This document shows positions 42,205 to 55,870 of a stretch of DNA of 64,000 nt, piece after piece. The stretch is taken from positions 96,001 to 160,000 of the forward strand of contig CAVSAC010000012.1 in assembly GCA_963725865.1 (NCBI GenBank), read 5' to 3'. This DNA is from Candidatus Eiseniibacteriota bacterium (GTDB taxonomy: Bacteria > Eisenbacteria > RBG-16-71-46). The number at the start of each line of letters is the position of its first letter. The first letter of the stretch is position 1. The translations under genes and the position numbers were made by a program. The notes under the pieces were generated by a model that was not told where the DNA came from, searched no databases, and saw only the letters and a list, made by a program, of their open reading frames with translations.

Positions 42205-42957
42205 ATGAAGGCGCGCCTCGTGCTCGGCGCGCTGCTCGTGACCGTGGTGGCGGTGGCCTGCGTCTCGCTCGGGCTCTGGCAGCTGCGGCGCCTGGCCGAG
42301 AAGCGCGCGCTCAACGCCGCGCTGCGCGCCGCACTCACCGCGCCTCCGCGCGAGCTGGCCGCGCCGCTGCCGCCGCTCGCGGCGGTGCGCGATCGGCGCG
42401 TGCGGGTGCGCGGGCGCTACGACGAGTCGCGCCAGGTGCTGCTCGGCGGGCACTTTCATGCGGGCGAGGCCGGCGTCGACGTGGTCACGCCGCTGCTGCT
42501 CGGCGACTCCGCGGGCGCGGTGCTCGTGGATCGCGGCTGGCTCGCCGCCGAGGATCCCACCCGCGCGCGGCCACAAGACCATCCCGAGCCCGGCGAGCGC
42601 ACCGTGATCGGGCTCGTGCAGGCGCCCGTGCACGGCCCGCGCGGCGCGGCGCCGGTGGCGTTGGCGACCGATCGCGGGCGGCTCTGGCTCACACTGCACC
42701 TGGATGTCGACTCGCTGGCTGCGCGCTTCCCGTACCCGCTCGCGCCCTACGTCGTGCAGGCGCTGCCCGGGCCCGGCGTGCCGGCGATGCCGGCGAAGGA
42801 GCTCCCGCCGCCGTATCCCGAGGCGCTCCACGTCTCGTACGCGATCCAGTGGTTCGCCTTCGCGGCGCTGGCCCTGATCGCGCCTGTGGTGCTGCTGCGC
42901 CGGCGCCGGGCGGACGGCGCGGCGAGCACGAAGCCGCCCACCGCGCCGCGCGGGTAG
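42205..42957 (+). CDS. SURF1 family protein
   Basis: LGLWQLRR, VVTPL, VDRGW, HVSYAIQWF. Confidence 0.9.
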   Translation: MKARLVLGALLVTVVAVACVSLGLWQLRRLAEKRALNAALRAALTAPPRELAAPLPPLAAVRDRRVRVRGRYDESRQVLLGGHFHAGEAGVDVVTPLLLGDSAGAVLVDRGWLAAEDPTRARPQDHPEPGERTVIGLVQAPVHGPRGAAPVALATDRGRLWLTLHLDVDSLAARFPYPLAPYVVQALPGPGVPAMPAKELPPPYPEALHVSYAIQWFAFAALALIAPVVLLRRRRADGAASTKPPTAPRG

Positions 42958-43155
42958 CGTCACGGTCGTCGTCGGCCCGACGAGCGTCCATCGATCGCCG
43001 ACGCTTCCGCGCCCCTCGCCGTCGGGGCCGCTGCGGTGCGCCGTGGGATCCAGCGCGCGATGCGGATGCCCCTCGTGGCACCACCCTTGCGCTCGACCGA
43101 CGCGGGACGGAGGACCGTCCCGGATCCCCGCACGAGTCCCCGATGGAGGTGGGAC

Positions 43156-44036
43156 ATGGCGCGAATCGACTGGGTGGGAGTGGTGGCCATCGTGGCGGCT
43201 CTGGGGACGTCGCCGGGGGCGCGCCTCGGCGATGGGCGTCTGCATGCACTGCGTGGCCGGCTGGAGACTGCGGCGTGGGGGGCAGCTATCAGTTCTGCCT
43301 CAGCGGCAAGATCGGGGATGTCTCCCTATTGCACGCTGGTCGGAGCCTGCGGCGGCGGCGGCGGCGGCTCGGGGGACGAGGGCCTCATGCGTCCTCGATA
43401 CGGGGCGCGGCCCGGTTCGGCCGCGGGCGACGTGTCGGAACTGCGCGCCGCCGGCCGGGCGCCCGAGAACTCCGCCGACGTGGTGCTCGTCCTCTATGCG
43501 CTGCGGATCCCGATCGGTCCGAACGTGGAGCCATTCCTCGCGGGACAACTGTCCTGGGTCGTTCGCGCGCAACTCGCGGCGCGCACCGCGCACGGCCTGC
43601 TCGATGCGGTGGCCGCGCACGCCGGTCGCGGAGTGGATGCCGTTCCCGTGGTCGAGGAATTCGCGGCGCTGGGGCCGCGGTGTTCGCGGCCTCCTTCGCC
43701 GCCACCGACGGCGACGGATATGCGCTGGCGCTCGAGCTCTCGGGCGGCGCGACACGCATTCGACTGTGCGCGATCCGCGGCCGGATGCCGGCCGGCTCGA
43801 TCGCCGACGCCACGTTGAACGAAGACGACGTGCTGTGCGCCCGCATCCGCGGTGGCGGCCACGACTACGCGCTCGTGCTCACCCCGCGCCTGCTGCGCGT
43901 CGCCAGCGGCGAGGACGGCGTGGGTCGTGCCGAGCGCCAGCAGTTCCACGCGGAGGCCGGTCGGCTCACCGCGCGCACCCTGGACGATGGCGTGCGATTC
44001 CAGCCGATCGAGTCACTGGCCGGCGCCTGCCACTGA
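43156..44036 (+). CDS. Hypothetical exported protein with Cys-rich N-terminus, several apparent frameshifts
   Basis: GGAGG RBS, signal-like start MARIDWVGVVAIVAAL; protein-like segments alternate across three frames. Confidence 0.4.
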
Positions 44037-44199
44037 GCCGCGCGGGCGCGGCGGGGCGGCGCTCGCAGCGGGCGCCGCCGCCTCGGGCTGGGCGCAGGAT
44101 TCCCTCGCCCGAGCCGTGGGTGGGGTGTAGGGTCGGTCGCGACGAGAAGCGGACTCCCCAGGATTCCGGCTCGCGGACCACGCGTGAAAGAAGGCGGCC

Positions 44200-46606
44200 A
44201 TGCCGCACGCCCGCGCTGTCACGACTTCGCTTCCGCTCCTGCTCATCCCGCTGCTGTCGGCTGCAGTCGGCGCGGCCGCCTCCGCACCGGTCGCCGCGAT
44301 CCCGGTCTCGGCGGTCGCGCGCCCTGCGGTACCGGCATCCGCGATGCCGATCCTCGGCGAGTTGCGCTCGGCGACCTCGGATACCGCGCGCTCGCGGCTG
44401 CTGATCATGCTCGACTTCGGACTCGGCTCCGGAACCCTGACGCTCACGACCGCTCCGCAAGCGGAATCGCGGCGCGCGTGAGGCGTGGGCAAACTGCGAT
44501 GGAGGCGCCGCTGAGCATGGTGGCGACGAGCGCGCGACGAATTGCCGCTGCGATCCTCCACCGGAGCGGTAGTCTCCGGCTCGCCGCACGGTGATCAGCC
44601 GTGCACGTCCCTCGCGTTGCCGGGGCGACCGGGATCGCGGCGAAGGCTACCGGGCTGGGCGCCCGTTGGGCCGCGGCTGCGTACCGCGCATCGAGCAGGG
44701 ATTCGCGATCGACCTCGCGACGAGCAACGAGCTATTCGAGTTCCTCGGCACCGAGTACCCATTCGTGACGTCGGATCAGGCGTTCCACGCATATGCGTCG
44801 ACCGCCCGCGCGGCGCTCGCCGAGCGGGACGCGCTCGTGGTGGCGCCTCGCCTGGCGGGATTCTGCCGCGGCATGCTCGTCGCGCTTCGCTCGCGCGCCG
44901 CCGCGGGCGACCTCGATGCCGGAGCGGCGGCCGCCTACTTCGCCGTGCCAGTCGCGCTGCTCGACGGGGAGGATCCGCGCGCGCTCGGGCTGTCGGTCGC
45001 GAGCGCGGCGGCCGTCGGTGGCGATCTCGGGCGCATTCGAGCACACGCGCGGATCGAGCACTCGGCCGTGCTCGGTCGGACCGAGGACTTCACCAAGTAC
45101 GCCCCGCGCGGCAGGTTCTCGATGGGCGATGGCGACCCGGGCTACTTCCAGGCGGTCGTGTTCCTCGGGCGGGCCACCTTCCGCGCGACCGATGAACGCG
45201 AGACGCGTCTCGCGCTGGCGATCGCGGAGGCACTGCGCTCGCGTCCCGCGCTGCTGGCGAGCTGGCGCGACCTGGACGGACTGTTGGGCGCGTGCTACGG
45301 ACCCAATGACGATGCGACGCCCGCGGACGCGGTCCGCGCGATCGAGGGCATCGACGCTCACGATGCGGCGCTCGCGGCACTGCGCAGGTCGCTCGCGTCC
45401 GTGGCCGCCCCGCGCATCCACACCGCGGCTGACACGCGCCCGAGTGGCGCGGCCGAGCGCGCCGGCGAGCGCGGTATGCGTGTGCTGGGCCAGCGCTACA
45501 CGCGCGGCGCCCACCGTTTCCAGCAGGCGCTGGAGTCGGGCGTGTGGCCGCTCACCAGCCTCGGAGTCGTGGGCGATCTCATGGGCTCCCGCCAGGCGGT
45601 GGAACTCGCGCGCGAGCGTGGCTGGCGGGTGATCGATGCGGCGCCCGCAGCGCCCGCCGGACCGGTCACAGATCTGCCCGAGGCCACGCTGCAGACGCTC
45701 GGCGCGCTCTTCATCCGCGACGCGCGCGCCCCGGCCTTCATGCGAGGTCCGGCCTGGGAGGAGAAGCAGATCAACACCGCGCTCGGCGGATGGGCCGAGA
45801 TCGTCGACCTGACGGCGCCGTTCGCGAAGGAAGCGAACATCTGCATGGGGCTCTCGCCGGCGACCGCACGGTTCCACGGCTACGTCGAGCCGGTGCCGGT
45901 GTTTTTCGCGCGCCTGGACTCGATGTGTCGTTCACTGCGCTACCGTCTGGATCGAGCCGGCTTGTTCGAGGCGATCGAATCGAGCCGTGAACGCACGCTT
46001 TCCGCGTGGCCGGAGCCTGCACGCTCGTCCGGCGCGTCAAACCGCAGGCCGCTCTCTCTCTCGGCGACGCTCGACGACTGGCGTGAGCGCGAACGCGTTC
46101 GGTTGATCCGGGAATTCGCGACCCTGCGCCCCACTCGCGACGTGTTCGACGAGCTGTCGGGGATCCTGGCCCACTGCGGCGACCTCGCTCATCGCGAGCT
46201 GGCGGGCGAGTCCCAGACCATCGAGGACGGGATCTTCCTGAAGAGCCTGGGGCGGCGCTTCAAGTCCCTCGCCTTCAACCGCTCGAACATGGGCGCCGCG
46301 ATGCTGCCGATGGGGATCGTCACCGACCTGGCGACCGAGTACCAATCCGGGCAGTGCCTCGAAGTGGGCACCGGGCTCGCGCACGTGATCTACGTGGCGG
46401 TGCCTGACGGCGACCACGCGTTCGTCTGCCGCGGTGCGGTGTACGCATACCACGAGTTCACGCAGCCAGGGACGCGGCGGCTCGACCACGCGAGCTGGCG
46501 GCGGATGCTGAGGGACGGCACGGCGCCCTCGCCCTGGCTCGCCTCGCGCGCCCTGCTGCGCTGGAGCGCGGGTGAGCATCCGGTGCCCGGGCCGCACGAA
46601 CGCTGA
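44200..46606 (+). CDS. DUF3160-like exported protein (5' part frameshifted)
   Basis: EDFTKYAPRG, EKQINTALGGWAE, GYVEPVP, RGAVYAYHEF; signal-peptide ORF at 44200 in another frame. Confidence 0.7.
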
Positions 46607-46685
46607 CGCGGTCGCGCATGCCGGGTGAATTCGGCCCTCCACGGTCGCCCGCTCAGGTGTATCGTCCCCGCAGGCATCGTTCACA

Positions 46686-46734
46686 GGGGACCCTGTGTGT
46701 CCCCCCGTTCCACCGAGGGCCCTGTGTGCCCTCG
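46686..46734 (+). promoter_or_regulatory. Tandem stem-loops with identical CCUGUGU loops in the acnA 5' UTR
   Basis: GGGGAC-CCTGTGT-GTCCCC and CGAGGGC-CCTGTGT-GCCCTCG. Confidence 0.65.
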
Positions 46735-46753
46735 TCACCGGAAAGGATGCGTC

Positions 46754-49471
<2,718 letters not shown>

Positions 49472-49496
49472 GCCGGGTCGGACCGAAAACGCGATC

Positions 49497-49533
49497 GATG
49501 GGCCGCCGCCGCGCGAGCGGAAGCGGCCCATCG
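49497..49533 (+). terminator. GC hairpin downstream of acnA
   Basis: CGATGGGCCGC / GCGGCCCATCG inverted repeat; no U-tract. Confidence 0.45.
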
Positions 49534-49683
49534 CCGCATGCGAGCGCGGAGCCGGCGAGCAGCGCGCGCCCCGCTCGGTGGTGAACGGTGCGGGCCGCCC
49601 GCACCTCACGAGATTCCCGTTGCCCGCGACCGCCCGGCTCCGCCATCGTCACCGGACCGATTCGGGCCGTGGAGGGGACCTGC

Positions 49684-50112
49684 ATGCCGGACATCCATCA
49701 TTCGATCACGATCGCCGCACCGGCGGAGGTGCTCGCGACGCTCGTCTCGACCGGCGACGGGTTGCGCCAGTGGTGGGCGGAGGACGTCGAGACGCTGCCC
49801 GATCGAACCGTGAGCCTGGGCTTCTTCAACCGCTCGACCCTCTACCGGCTGCGGTTGCTCGAACGGAGCGCCGCTCGCGTCGCCTGGCGCTGCGAGTCCG
49901 GGCGCGAGTGGGAGAACACCGAGCTGATCTTCAGCACGCGCGCCGAGCGCTCGAACATCCTGCTGGATTTCGTCCACGGGAAGTGGCGCGAGGAGTCCGG
50001 CTACTTCGTCTCGTGCAACACGACGTGGGGCGGATTGATGTTCCGGCTCCGGAGCGCGGCGGAAGGCAGGAACCCCGGGCCGCTGTTCGCGCGCGACTCG
50101 CTGGCGTACTGA
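49684..50112 (+). CDS. SRPBCC (AHA1/START) domain protein
   Basis: IHHSITIAAP, GLRQWW, EWENTEL.F, CNTTWG. Confidence 0.85.
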   Translation: MPDIHHSITIAAPAEVLATLVSTGDGLRQWWAEDVETLPDRTVSLGFFNRSTLYRLRLLERSAARVAWRCESGREWENTELIFSTRAERSNILLDFVHGKWREESGYFVSCNTTWGGLMFRLRSAAEGRNPGPLFARDSLAY

Positions 50113-50161
50113 GCGCGGATTGTTGTCCGCGCCCCGTGCGGCGCGGACACGGAGGAACCTG

Positions 50162-50977
50162 ATGACCAACGCCCCGGGCGATCGCTGGGTCGCCGGCGCC
50201 GCCTACGAAGCGTACATGGGCCGCTGGAGTCGCCCGCTCGCCGCCGCGTTCGTGGAGTGGCTGCGCGCGGGCCCCGCGGCGCACTGGCTCGAGGTCGGGT
50301 GCGGCACCGGGGCGCTCACGACCACGCTCTGCGAGCGCTGCGAGCCCGCGTCGGTGATCGCCTGCGAGCCGAGCGAGGCGTTCCTCCAGCACGCGCGCGG
50401 CGACTGCCCCGACCCGCGCGCTTCGTTCGTCCTGGCGGACGCCGGCGACCTGCCGCGACGCGACGGCCGGTTCGACGTGATCGTCTCGGGGCTCGTGTTG
50501 AACTTCATCCCCGAGCCGGCCCGGGCCATCGCCGCCATGCGCGATCGGGCCCGCCCGGGCGGCACGGTCGCCGCGTACGTCTGGGACTACGCGGACGGCA
50601 TGGAGTTCCTGCGCCGCTTCTGGGACGAAGCGGTCGCCGCGGACCCGGGCGCCGCCGCGCACGACGAAGGCCGGCGCTTCCCGCTCTGTCGCGCGCCGGC
50701 GCTGGAAGCGCTCTTTCGCGGGGCGGGGCTCGCACGGGTGGTGACCACGGCGCTCGAGGTGCCGACCGAGTTCGCCGACTTCGACGACTACTGGACGCCG
50801 TTCCTCCACGGGACCGGGCCGGCGCCCGGCTACGTGCTGGCGCTGGATCCGGCCCGCCGCGAGGCGCTGCGCGCGCGGCTGGCGCGTCGCCTGCCGGCGG
50901 ACCCCGACGGGCGCATCCGGCTGCGGGCGCGCGCGTGGGCCGTGCGCGGCGACTCGCCCCATGTGGGGGACGCATGA
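50162..50977 (+). CDS. Class I SAM-dependent methyltransferase
   Basis: YEAYMGRWS, LEVGCGTG, LVLNFIP, RPGGTVAAYVWD. Confidence 0.9.
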   Translation: MTNAPGDRWVAGAAYEAYMGRWSRPLAAAFVEWLRAGPAAHWLEVGCGTGALTTTLCERCEPASVIACEPSEAFLQHARGDCPDPRASFVLADAGDLPRRDGRFDVIVSGLVLNFIPEPARAIAAMRDRARPGGTVAAYVWDYADGMEFLRRFWDEAVAADPGAAAHDEGRRFPLCRAPALEALFRGAGLARVVTTALEVPTEFADFDDYWTPFLHGTGPAPGYVLALDPARREALRARLARRLPADPDGRIRLRARAWAVRGDSPHVGDA

Positions 50978-51147
50978 CGAACGACGAGCAGGCGATCCGC
51001 GAGACGATCGCGACGTGGCTGGCGGCCAGCGCGGCGGGAGACGACGAGCGGGTGCTGAGCCTCATGTCGGACGACGTCCTCTTCCTGACCGCGGGCCGTC
51101 CCCCGATGGTCCGCGACGCCAACCTGGTGACCGCGGTGCCGTCGTGA
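50974..51147 (+). pseudogene. Internally deleted SnoaL/YybH-like gene
   Basis: N-terminus DEQAIR..W..AS..GD..LMSDDVLFL..GRPPM joined directly to C-terminal RDANL; only 57 aa. Confidence 0.65.
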
Positions 51148-51254
51148 GGCCCGCGCGGCGACGGGTGTAGCATGCCTTTCGCCCGGCCTGGCCGCGCGGG
51201 AGCGGGCGATCGGCCCGCGCCGCGGCCCTGCCCGGCGAGGAAAGGGGAAGGGGA

Positions 51255-51662
51255 ATGGCCGCTCGTTCGATCGCCCCGCGCGATCCCGAACTGAAGGCGG
51301 CGCTCGGCACCGCCTGGCCCGTGTGGACCTCCATCCTGGAATCGCTCGCGACGCGCTTCGATCCCCTGGATCGCCAGTGGAAGCCGTCGAAGGCCGCGTT
51401 CGGCCGCATGTGTCTGCTGCAGCATCGCCAGCGCACGCTGGTCTACCTGACGCCGGAGGCGGGCGCGGTCACGGTCGCCGTGGTGCTCGGCGAGCGCGCC
51501 GTGGGCCTCGCGATGGACAGCGCGCTGCCGGCGGCGATCAAGACCTTGATCGCCGGGGCCCGCCCGTACGTCGAGGGCCGCGGCATCCGGTTCGCTGTTC
51601 GCAACGCGCGCGACGTGCGCACGGTGGCGAAGCTGGTCGAGCTGAAGACCACGCCGAAGTGA
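51255..51662 (+). CDS. DUF3788-like protein
   Basis: RTLVYLTP, VVLGE, YVEGRG, LVELK. Confidence 0.7.
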   Translation: MAARSIAPRDPELKAALGTAWPVWTSILESLATRFDPLDRQWKPSKAAFGRMCLLQHRQRTLVYLTPEAGAVTVAVVLGERAVGLAMDSALPAAIKTLIAGARPYVEGRGIRFAVRNARDVRTVAKLVELKTTPK

Positions 51663-51762
51663 GAGGCGGCCATCCCGGGCGCCCGCGTCGGTGGTAGGCT
51701 GGTGCCGTCCCGCGCGAGCCTGGTGCCCGCGCGTCACCTCAAGCAAGCCTGAGGAACCAGCC

Positions 51763-52410
51763 GTGTCGCGCGCCCCCGGGAGCCGTCAGCGTCCCCAATC
51801 GCTCGGCGAGGAACTCGCCAACAGCGTGAGTCACGGCGTTGGATTCGTGTTCGCGCTCGTGGCGATCCCGATCCTCGTGGTGAACTCGACGCGACACGGC
51901 GCCACCGCGGTGGTCGGCGCGAGCGTGTTCGCGGCGAGCCTGGCGCTGCTCTACCTGTGCTCGACGCTCTATCACGCGCTGCCGCCGTCGCGCGCCAAGC
52001 GGGTGTTCCAGGTGCTCGACCACGCGGCGATCTACCTGCTCATCGCGGGCACCTACACGCCGTTCACGCTCGGCGCGCTACGCGGCCCCTGGGGGTGGAC
52101 GCTGTTCGGGCTGATCTGGGCGCTTGCGGTCACCGGCATCGTGTTCAAGTCGACGCTGGGGATGCGGTACCCGCGGCTCTCCACGCTGGTCTATCTCGGG
52201 ATGGGCTGGCTGATCGTGGTGGCGGTGCGGCCATTGTGGCTGCACGTGCCGGCGTGGGGCCTGTTCTGGCTGCTCGCGGGCGGCGTCGCGTACACCGGGG
52301 GCGTGGCGTTCTACGCGGCGCGGCTGCGCTTCGCGCACTTCGTCTGGCACCTCGCCGTGCTTGCCGGCACCTTCTGCCACTTCGTCGCCGTGCTCGGGTA
52401 CTCGACGTGA
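51763..52410 (+). CDS. Hemolysin III / PAQR family membrane protein
   Basis: EELANSVSH, STLYH, DHAAIYLLIAGTYTP, HFVWH. Confidence 0.92.
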   Translation: MSRAPGSRQRPQSLGEELANSVSHGVGFVFALVAIPILVVNSTRHGATAVVGASVFAASLALLYLCSTLYHALPPSRAKRVFQVLDHAAIYLLIAGTYTPFTLGALRGPWGWTLFGLIWALAVTGIVFKSTLGMRYPRLSTLVYLGMGWLIVVAVRPLWLHVPAWGLFWLLAGGVAYTGGVAFYAARLRFAHFVWHLAVLAGTFCHFVAVLGYST

Positions 52411-52420
52411 GCGACTCGCG

Positions 52421-53014
52421 ATGAGCGCGCCCAGGCCAAAGACGATCGCATTCCTGCGCGCCATCAACGTGGGGGGGCGCGTCGTGCCGATGAGCGATCT
52501 CAAGGCGCTGTTCGAGGCGCTCGGCCTCGCCGACGTCGAGACGTTCATCGCGAGCGGCAACGTGATCTTCCGGTCGCCGTCGCGGAACGGACAGACGCTG
52601 CAGCGCCGGATCGAGCAGCGCCTGCGCGCGGTGCTCGGCTACGACGTGCCGGCGATGCTGCGCACCGACGCCGAGGTCGCGGCGATCGCGGCCTACCGCG
52701 CGTTCCCGCCGGCAAAGCTGCGCACCGCCGTCAGGCTCACCATCGGGCTGCTCGCGGCGCCGCCGACCGCGGCGGCGCTCAAGGCGCTGCAGGGATTGGC
52801 GACCGAGTTCGACGACTTCCACGTGAACGGCCGCGAGCTCCACTGGCTCGCACGCCGGAAGTTCAGCGAGACCACGATCACGACCGTCATGTTCGAGCGG
52901 GCGCTGAAGGCGCCGGTGACGTTCCGCGGGGTCAACACCATCGCGCGGCTCGCGGCGAAGTACCCGCCCGCGGGCGCGGCGGCCCCTTCCTCGAGATCGA
53001 GAGGACGATCCTGA
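52421..53014 (+). CDS. DUF1697 family protein
   Basis: AFLRAINVGG, TFIASGNV. Confidence 0.9.
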   Translation: MSAPRPKTIAFLRAINVGGRVVPMSDLKALFEALGLADVETFIASGNVIFRSPSRNGQTLQRRIEQRLRAVLGYDVPAMLRTDAEVAAIAAYRAFPPAKLRTAVRLTIGLLAAPPTAAALKALQGLATEFDDFHVNGRELHWLARRKFSETTITTVMFERALKAPVTFRGVNTIARLAAKYPPAGAAAPSSRSRGRS

Positions 53015-53496
53015 TGCGCACGACTCCCGAGTCCATCCGCCAGTTCCTCACCGCCGGCCGCATCGCCGTCAGCGGCGTCTCGCGCGATCCGCAACAGCCG
53101 GCCAACCTCATCTACCGGAAGCTGCGCGGCGTGCGGACCGACGTGGTCGCGGTGAATCCGCGCGCCGAGCAGGTCGAGGGGGACCCGTGCTTTCCGACGC
53201 TGGCCGCGATCCCGGGCGGCGTCGATGCGGTGCTGGTCGCGACCGCGCCCGCGGCGGGCGTCGAGATCGTGCGCCAGTGCCAGGCGCTCGGCGTGCGCCT
53301 GGTGTGGTTCCATCGCTCGTTCGGCGCCGGCAGCGTCTCCGACGAGGCGGTCGCGCTGTGCCGCGCGAGCGGCATCATCCCGATCGTCGGCGGTTGCCCC
53401 ATGATGTTCGTGGAGCCGGTGGACCCGGCACACCGCTGCTTCCGCTGGTTCCTCGGCGTCACCGGCCGGCTGCCGGCCGATCGGCCCGCGTGCTGA
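53014..53496 (+). CDS. CoA-binding protein
   Basis: IAVSGVSR, VNP, VWFH, GGCPMMF. Confidence 0.85.
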   Translation: MRTTPESIRQFLTAGRIAVSGVSRDPQQPANLIYRKLRGVRTDVVAVNPRAEQVEGDPCFPTLAAIPGGVDAVLVATAPAAGVEIVRQCQALGVRLVWFHRSFGAGSVSDEAVALCRASGIIPIVGGCPMMFVEPVDPAHRCFRWFLGVTGRLPADRPAC

Positions 53497-53503
53497 CGGG
53501 GCG

Positions 53504-54091
53504 ATGATCGCGACTCCGAAGCCGAAGTTCTTCCGCTCGCCGGCCGAGTTCCGCCGCTGGCTGGCCGCGCACCACGCGAGCGCGGCGGAGCTGTGGGTGG
53601 GCTTCCGTAAGAAGGCCACCGGCGCGCCCAGCATCACATGGCCGGAATCGGTCGACGAAGCGCTGTGCGTGGGCTGGATCGACGGCCTCCGCAAGCGCAT
53701 CGACGATGCGGGCTACACGATCCGCTTCTCGCCGCGCAAGCCCGGCAGCATCTGGAGCGCCGTGAACGTGCGGCGCGCGCGGGCGCTGATCGAACAGGGC
53801 CGCATGCGCGCGGCGGGGCTGAAGGCGTACGAGGCGCGGCGCGCGAACCGTGTCGGCGTGTATTCGTTCGAGCAGCGCAGCGTCGCGCTGCCGCCGCCGT
53901 ACGAGGCGAAGCTCCAGCGCAACGCCGCCGCGTGGCGCTTCTTCCACGCGCAGACCGCGTCGTATCGCCGGGCCGCGATGTGGTGGGTCGTCAGCGCGAA
54001 GCAGGAGGCGACCCGGCTGCGACGACTGGAGCAGTTGATCGACCATTCCGCTCACGGACGATGCGCTCCGCAGTTCCTGCGCCGGACCTGA
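53504..54091 (+). CDS. YdeI/OmpD-associated family protein
   Basis: FRRWLAAHH, EALCVGWIDG, FSPRKPGSIWSAVN, AKQEATR. Confidence 0.9.
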   Translation: MIATPKPKFFRSPAEFRRWLAAHHASAAELWVGFRKKATGAPSITWPESVDEALCVGWIDGLRKRIDDAGYTIRFSPRKPGSIWSAVNVRRARALIEQGRMRAAGLKAYEARRANRVGVYSFEQRSVALPPPYEAKLQRNAAAWRFFHAQTASYRRAAMWWVVSAKQEATRLRRLEQLIDHSAHGRCAPQFLRRT

Positions 54092-54117
54092 GCGCCGCCG
54101 CACCGAGGAGGGCGACC

Positions 54118-54417
54118 ATGCACTACCTGCTGTTCTACGACGTCGTCGATGACTACGTGGAGCGCCGCGGCGCGTTCCGCGCCCTCCACCTGGCGCACGC
54201 GCGAGCCGCGGTCGCGCGCGGCGAGTTGGTGCTGGGTGGGGCGCTCGCCGAGCCCGTGGACACCGCGGTGCTGCTGTTCCGCGGCGAGTCGCCCGCGGTC
54301 GCGGAGGGCTTCGCCGCCGCCGATCCCTACGTGCTCAACGGCCTCGTGCGCGGCTGGAAGGTGCGCCCGTGGAGCACCGTGGTGGGCCCGGACGCGGCGG
54401 TCCCGGTGCGCGACTGA
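54118..54417 (+). CDS. YciI family protein
   Basis: R..HL, LGGAL, DPYV.NGLV. Confidence 0.88.
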   Translation: MHYLLFYDVVDDYVERRGAFRALHLAHARAAVARGELVLGGALAEPVDTAVLLFRGESPAVAEGFAAADPYVLNGLVRGWKVRPWSTVVGPDAAVPVRD

Positions 54418-54432
54418 AGGCACAGCGCGCGC

Positions 54433-55734
54433 TCAGAGCGTGGCGGCGCCCTCGGGCATCCCGCGGAGCACCAGCGCCGGCGGCTCCTCCTCGATGAGGT
54501 CGCCGAACTCCTGCCGGAAGCGATCGAGCGGCATGTGCGCGGTGGCCGCGAACTTCGCGAGCGCATGCGGGTCGTCGAAGTCGTCGCGGCGGATGCGGAT
54601 CATGTAGCGCCGCGCGATCGCGTAGCGCGCCGAACGCAGGTCGACCATGCGGATCCGCGCCCGGCCGGTCTCGGGATCGAGCATCGTGCTGAACGGCAGC
54701 GGCACGAACTCGCCGCCCTGCATCGTGACGATCGCCGCGTTGTGGCCGCTCAACAGGTACTTGGCCGCGCAGTAGCCGAGGTCGCGCGCGTACTCCATGT
54801 CGAACGGGATGGGATCCGCGCAGCGCAGCTCGTAGCCGACGTTCTTGGCCACGATGGTGCTGCTGATGCCGAACTCCTTGAGGCGCGTCTGCACCGCTCG
54901 CTTGAGGATCTCGCCGAAGTCCACCTCGGCAATGCGCAGGTGGCCGTGCGCGTCGCGCTCGACGTTCTCCATGCCCTCGAAGTCCTGCGGATCGATCGCG
55001 AGCACCACGCCCTCGGCGATCACCGCGACGCCGTCGCGGCGCCCGTCGGCGAGCCGCTTCAGGTGCGCACCGACCAGCGTGTCGACCACGGTCTTGAGCC
55101 GCAGCGGGCGGCGCTGGAACTCCTCCGGGATGAGCGTCAGCGTCGCGCCGGCCGCCTTGCCCATACCGAGCGCGAGGTGTCCGGCCTTGCGACCCATCGC
55201 GATCACGTAGTACCAGCGCGACGTGGTCTTGGCGTCCACCATCAGGTTCTTGAGGATGTCGACGCCGATGTGGCGCGCGGTCTGGTAGCCGAACGTGTCG
55301 ACGTGCGGCGGCAGGTCGAGGTCGTTGTCGATCGACTTGGGCACGTGCATCACGTGGATGCGTCCCGCCGACTTCTCCTCGAGCTTCATCGCCGAGAACG
55401 CGGTGTCGTCGCCACCGATGGTGATGAGGTCGGATACGTTCAGCCGCAGCAGCGAGATGATCGCGTTCTCGAGCAGTTCGGGGCTCTTGGTCGGATTGGC
55501 GCGCGAGATCCCGATGTACGAGCCGCCGCGGAAGTGGATGCGGCTGACGCCCTCGATGGTCAGGGGACGCGCGTGGTCGATGTTCCCCTGCATGATCCAC
55601 TCGAAACCATCCTCGACGCCGAACACTTCGACGCCTTCCAGCGCGGCGCGGATGGTGGCGGCTCCGATAACGGCGTTGATGCCGGGGGCGGGGCCGCCGC
55701 CCACCAGGATCGCGAGTCGTTTGCGTTGTGACAT
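54433..55734 (-). CDS. pfp: 6-phosphofructokinase, probably PPi-dependent
   Basis: GGGPAPGIN, GGDD and PKSIDND (Asp/Lys PPi signature), MGRKAG, GYELRC. Confidence 0.88.
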   Translation of the reverse strand: MSQRKRLAILVGGGPAPGINAVIGAATIRAALEGVEVFGVEDGFEWIMQGNIDHARPLTIEGVSRIHFRGGSYIGISRANPTKSPELLENAIISLLRLNVSDLITIGGDDTAFSAMKLEEKSAGRIHVMHVPKSIDNDLDLPPHVDTFGYQTARHIGVDILKNLMVDAKTTSRWYYVIAMGRKAGHLALGMGKAAGATLTLIPEEFQRRPLRLKTVVDTLVGAHLKRLADGRRDGVAVIAEGVVLAIDPQDFEGMENVERDAHGHLRIAEVDFGEILKRAVQTRLKEFGISSTIVAKNVGYELRCADPIPFDMEYARDLGYCAAKYLLSGHNAAIVTMQGGEFVPLPFSTMLDPETGRARIRMVDLRSARYAIARRYMIRIRRDDFDDPHALAKFAATAHMPLDRFRQEFGDLIEEEPPALVLRGMPEGAATL

Positions 55735-55870
55735 GCGTGATTCCTCCTCGAGTCGTGGAGAGTACCCGCTTCGACCCCCGGATGCGAAACCCTCGGCGGT
55801 CCGTGCCGTCGGCATCCGGCCGCGGCCCGGATGACGCGACGACGGTGCGCGGCTATGCTGCGCGCTTGAG

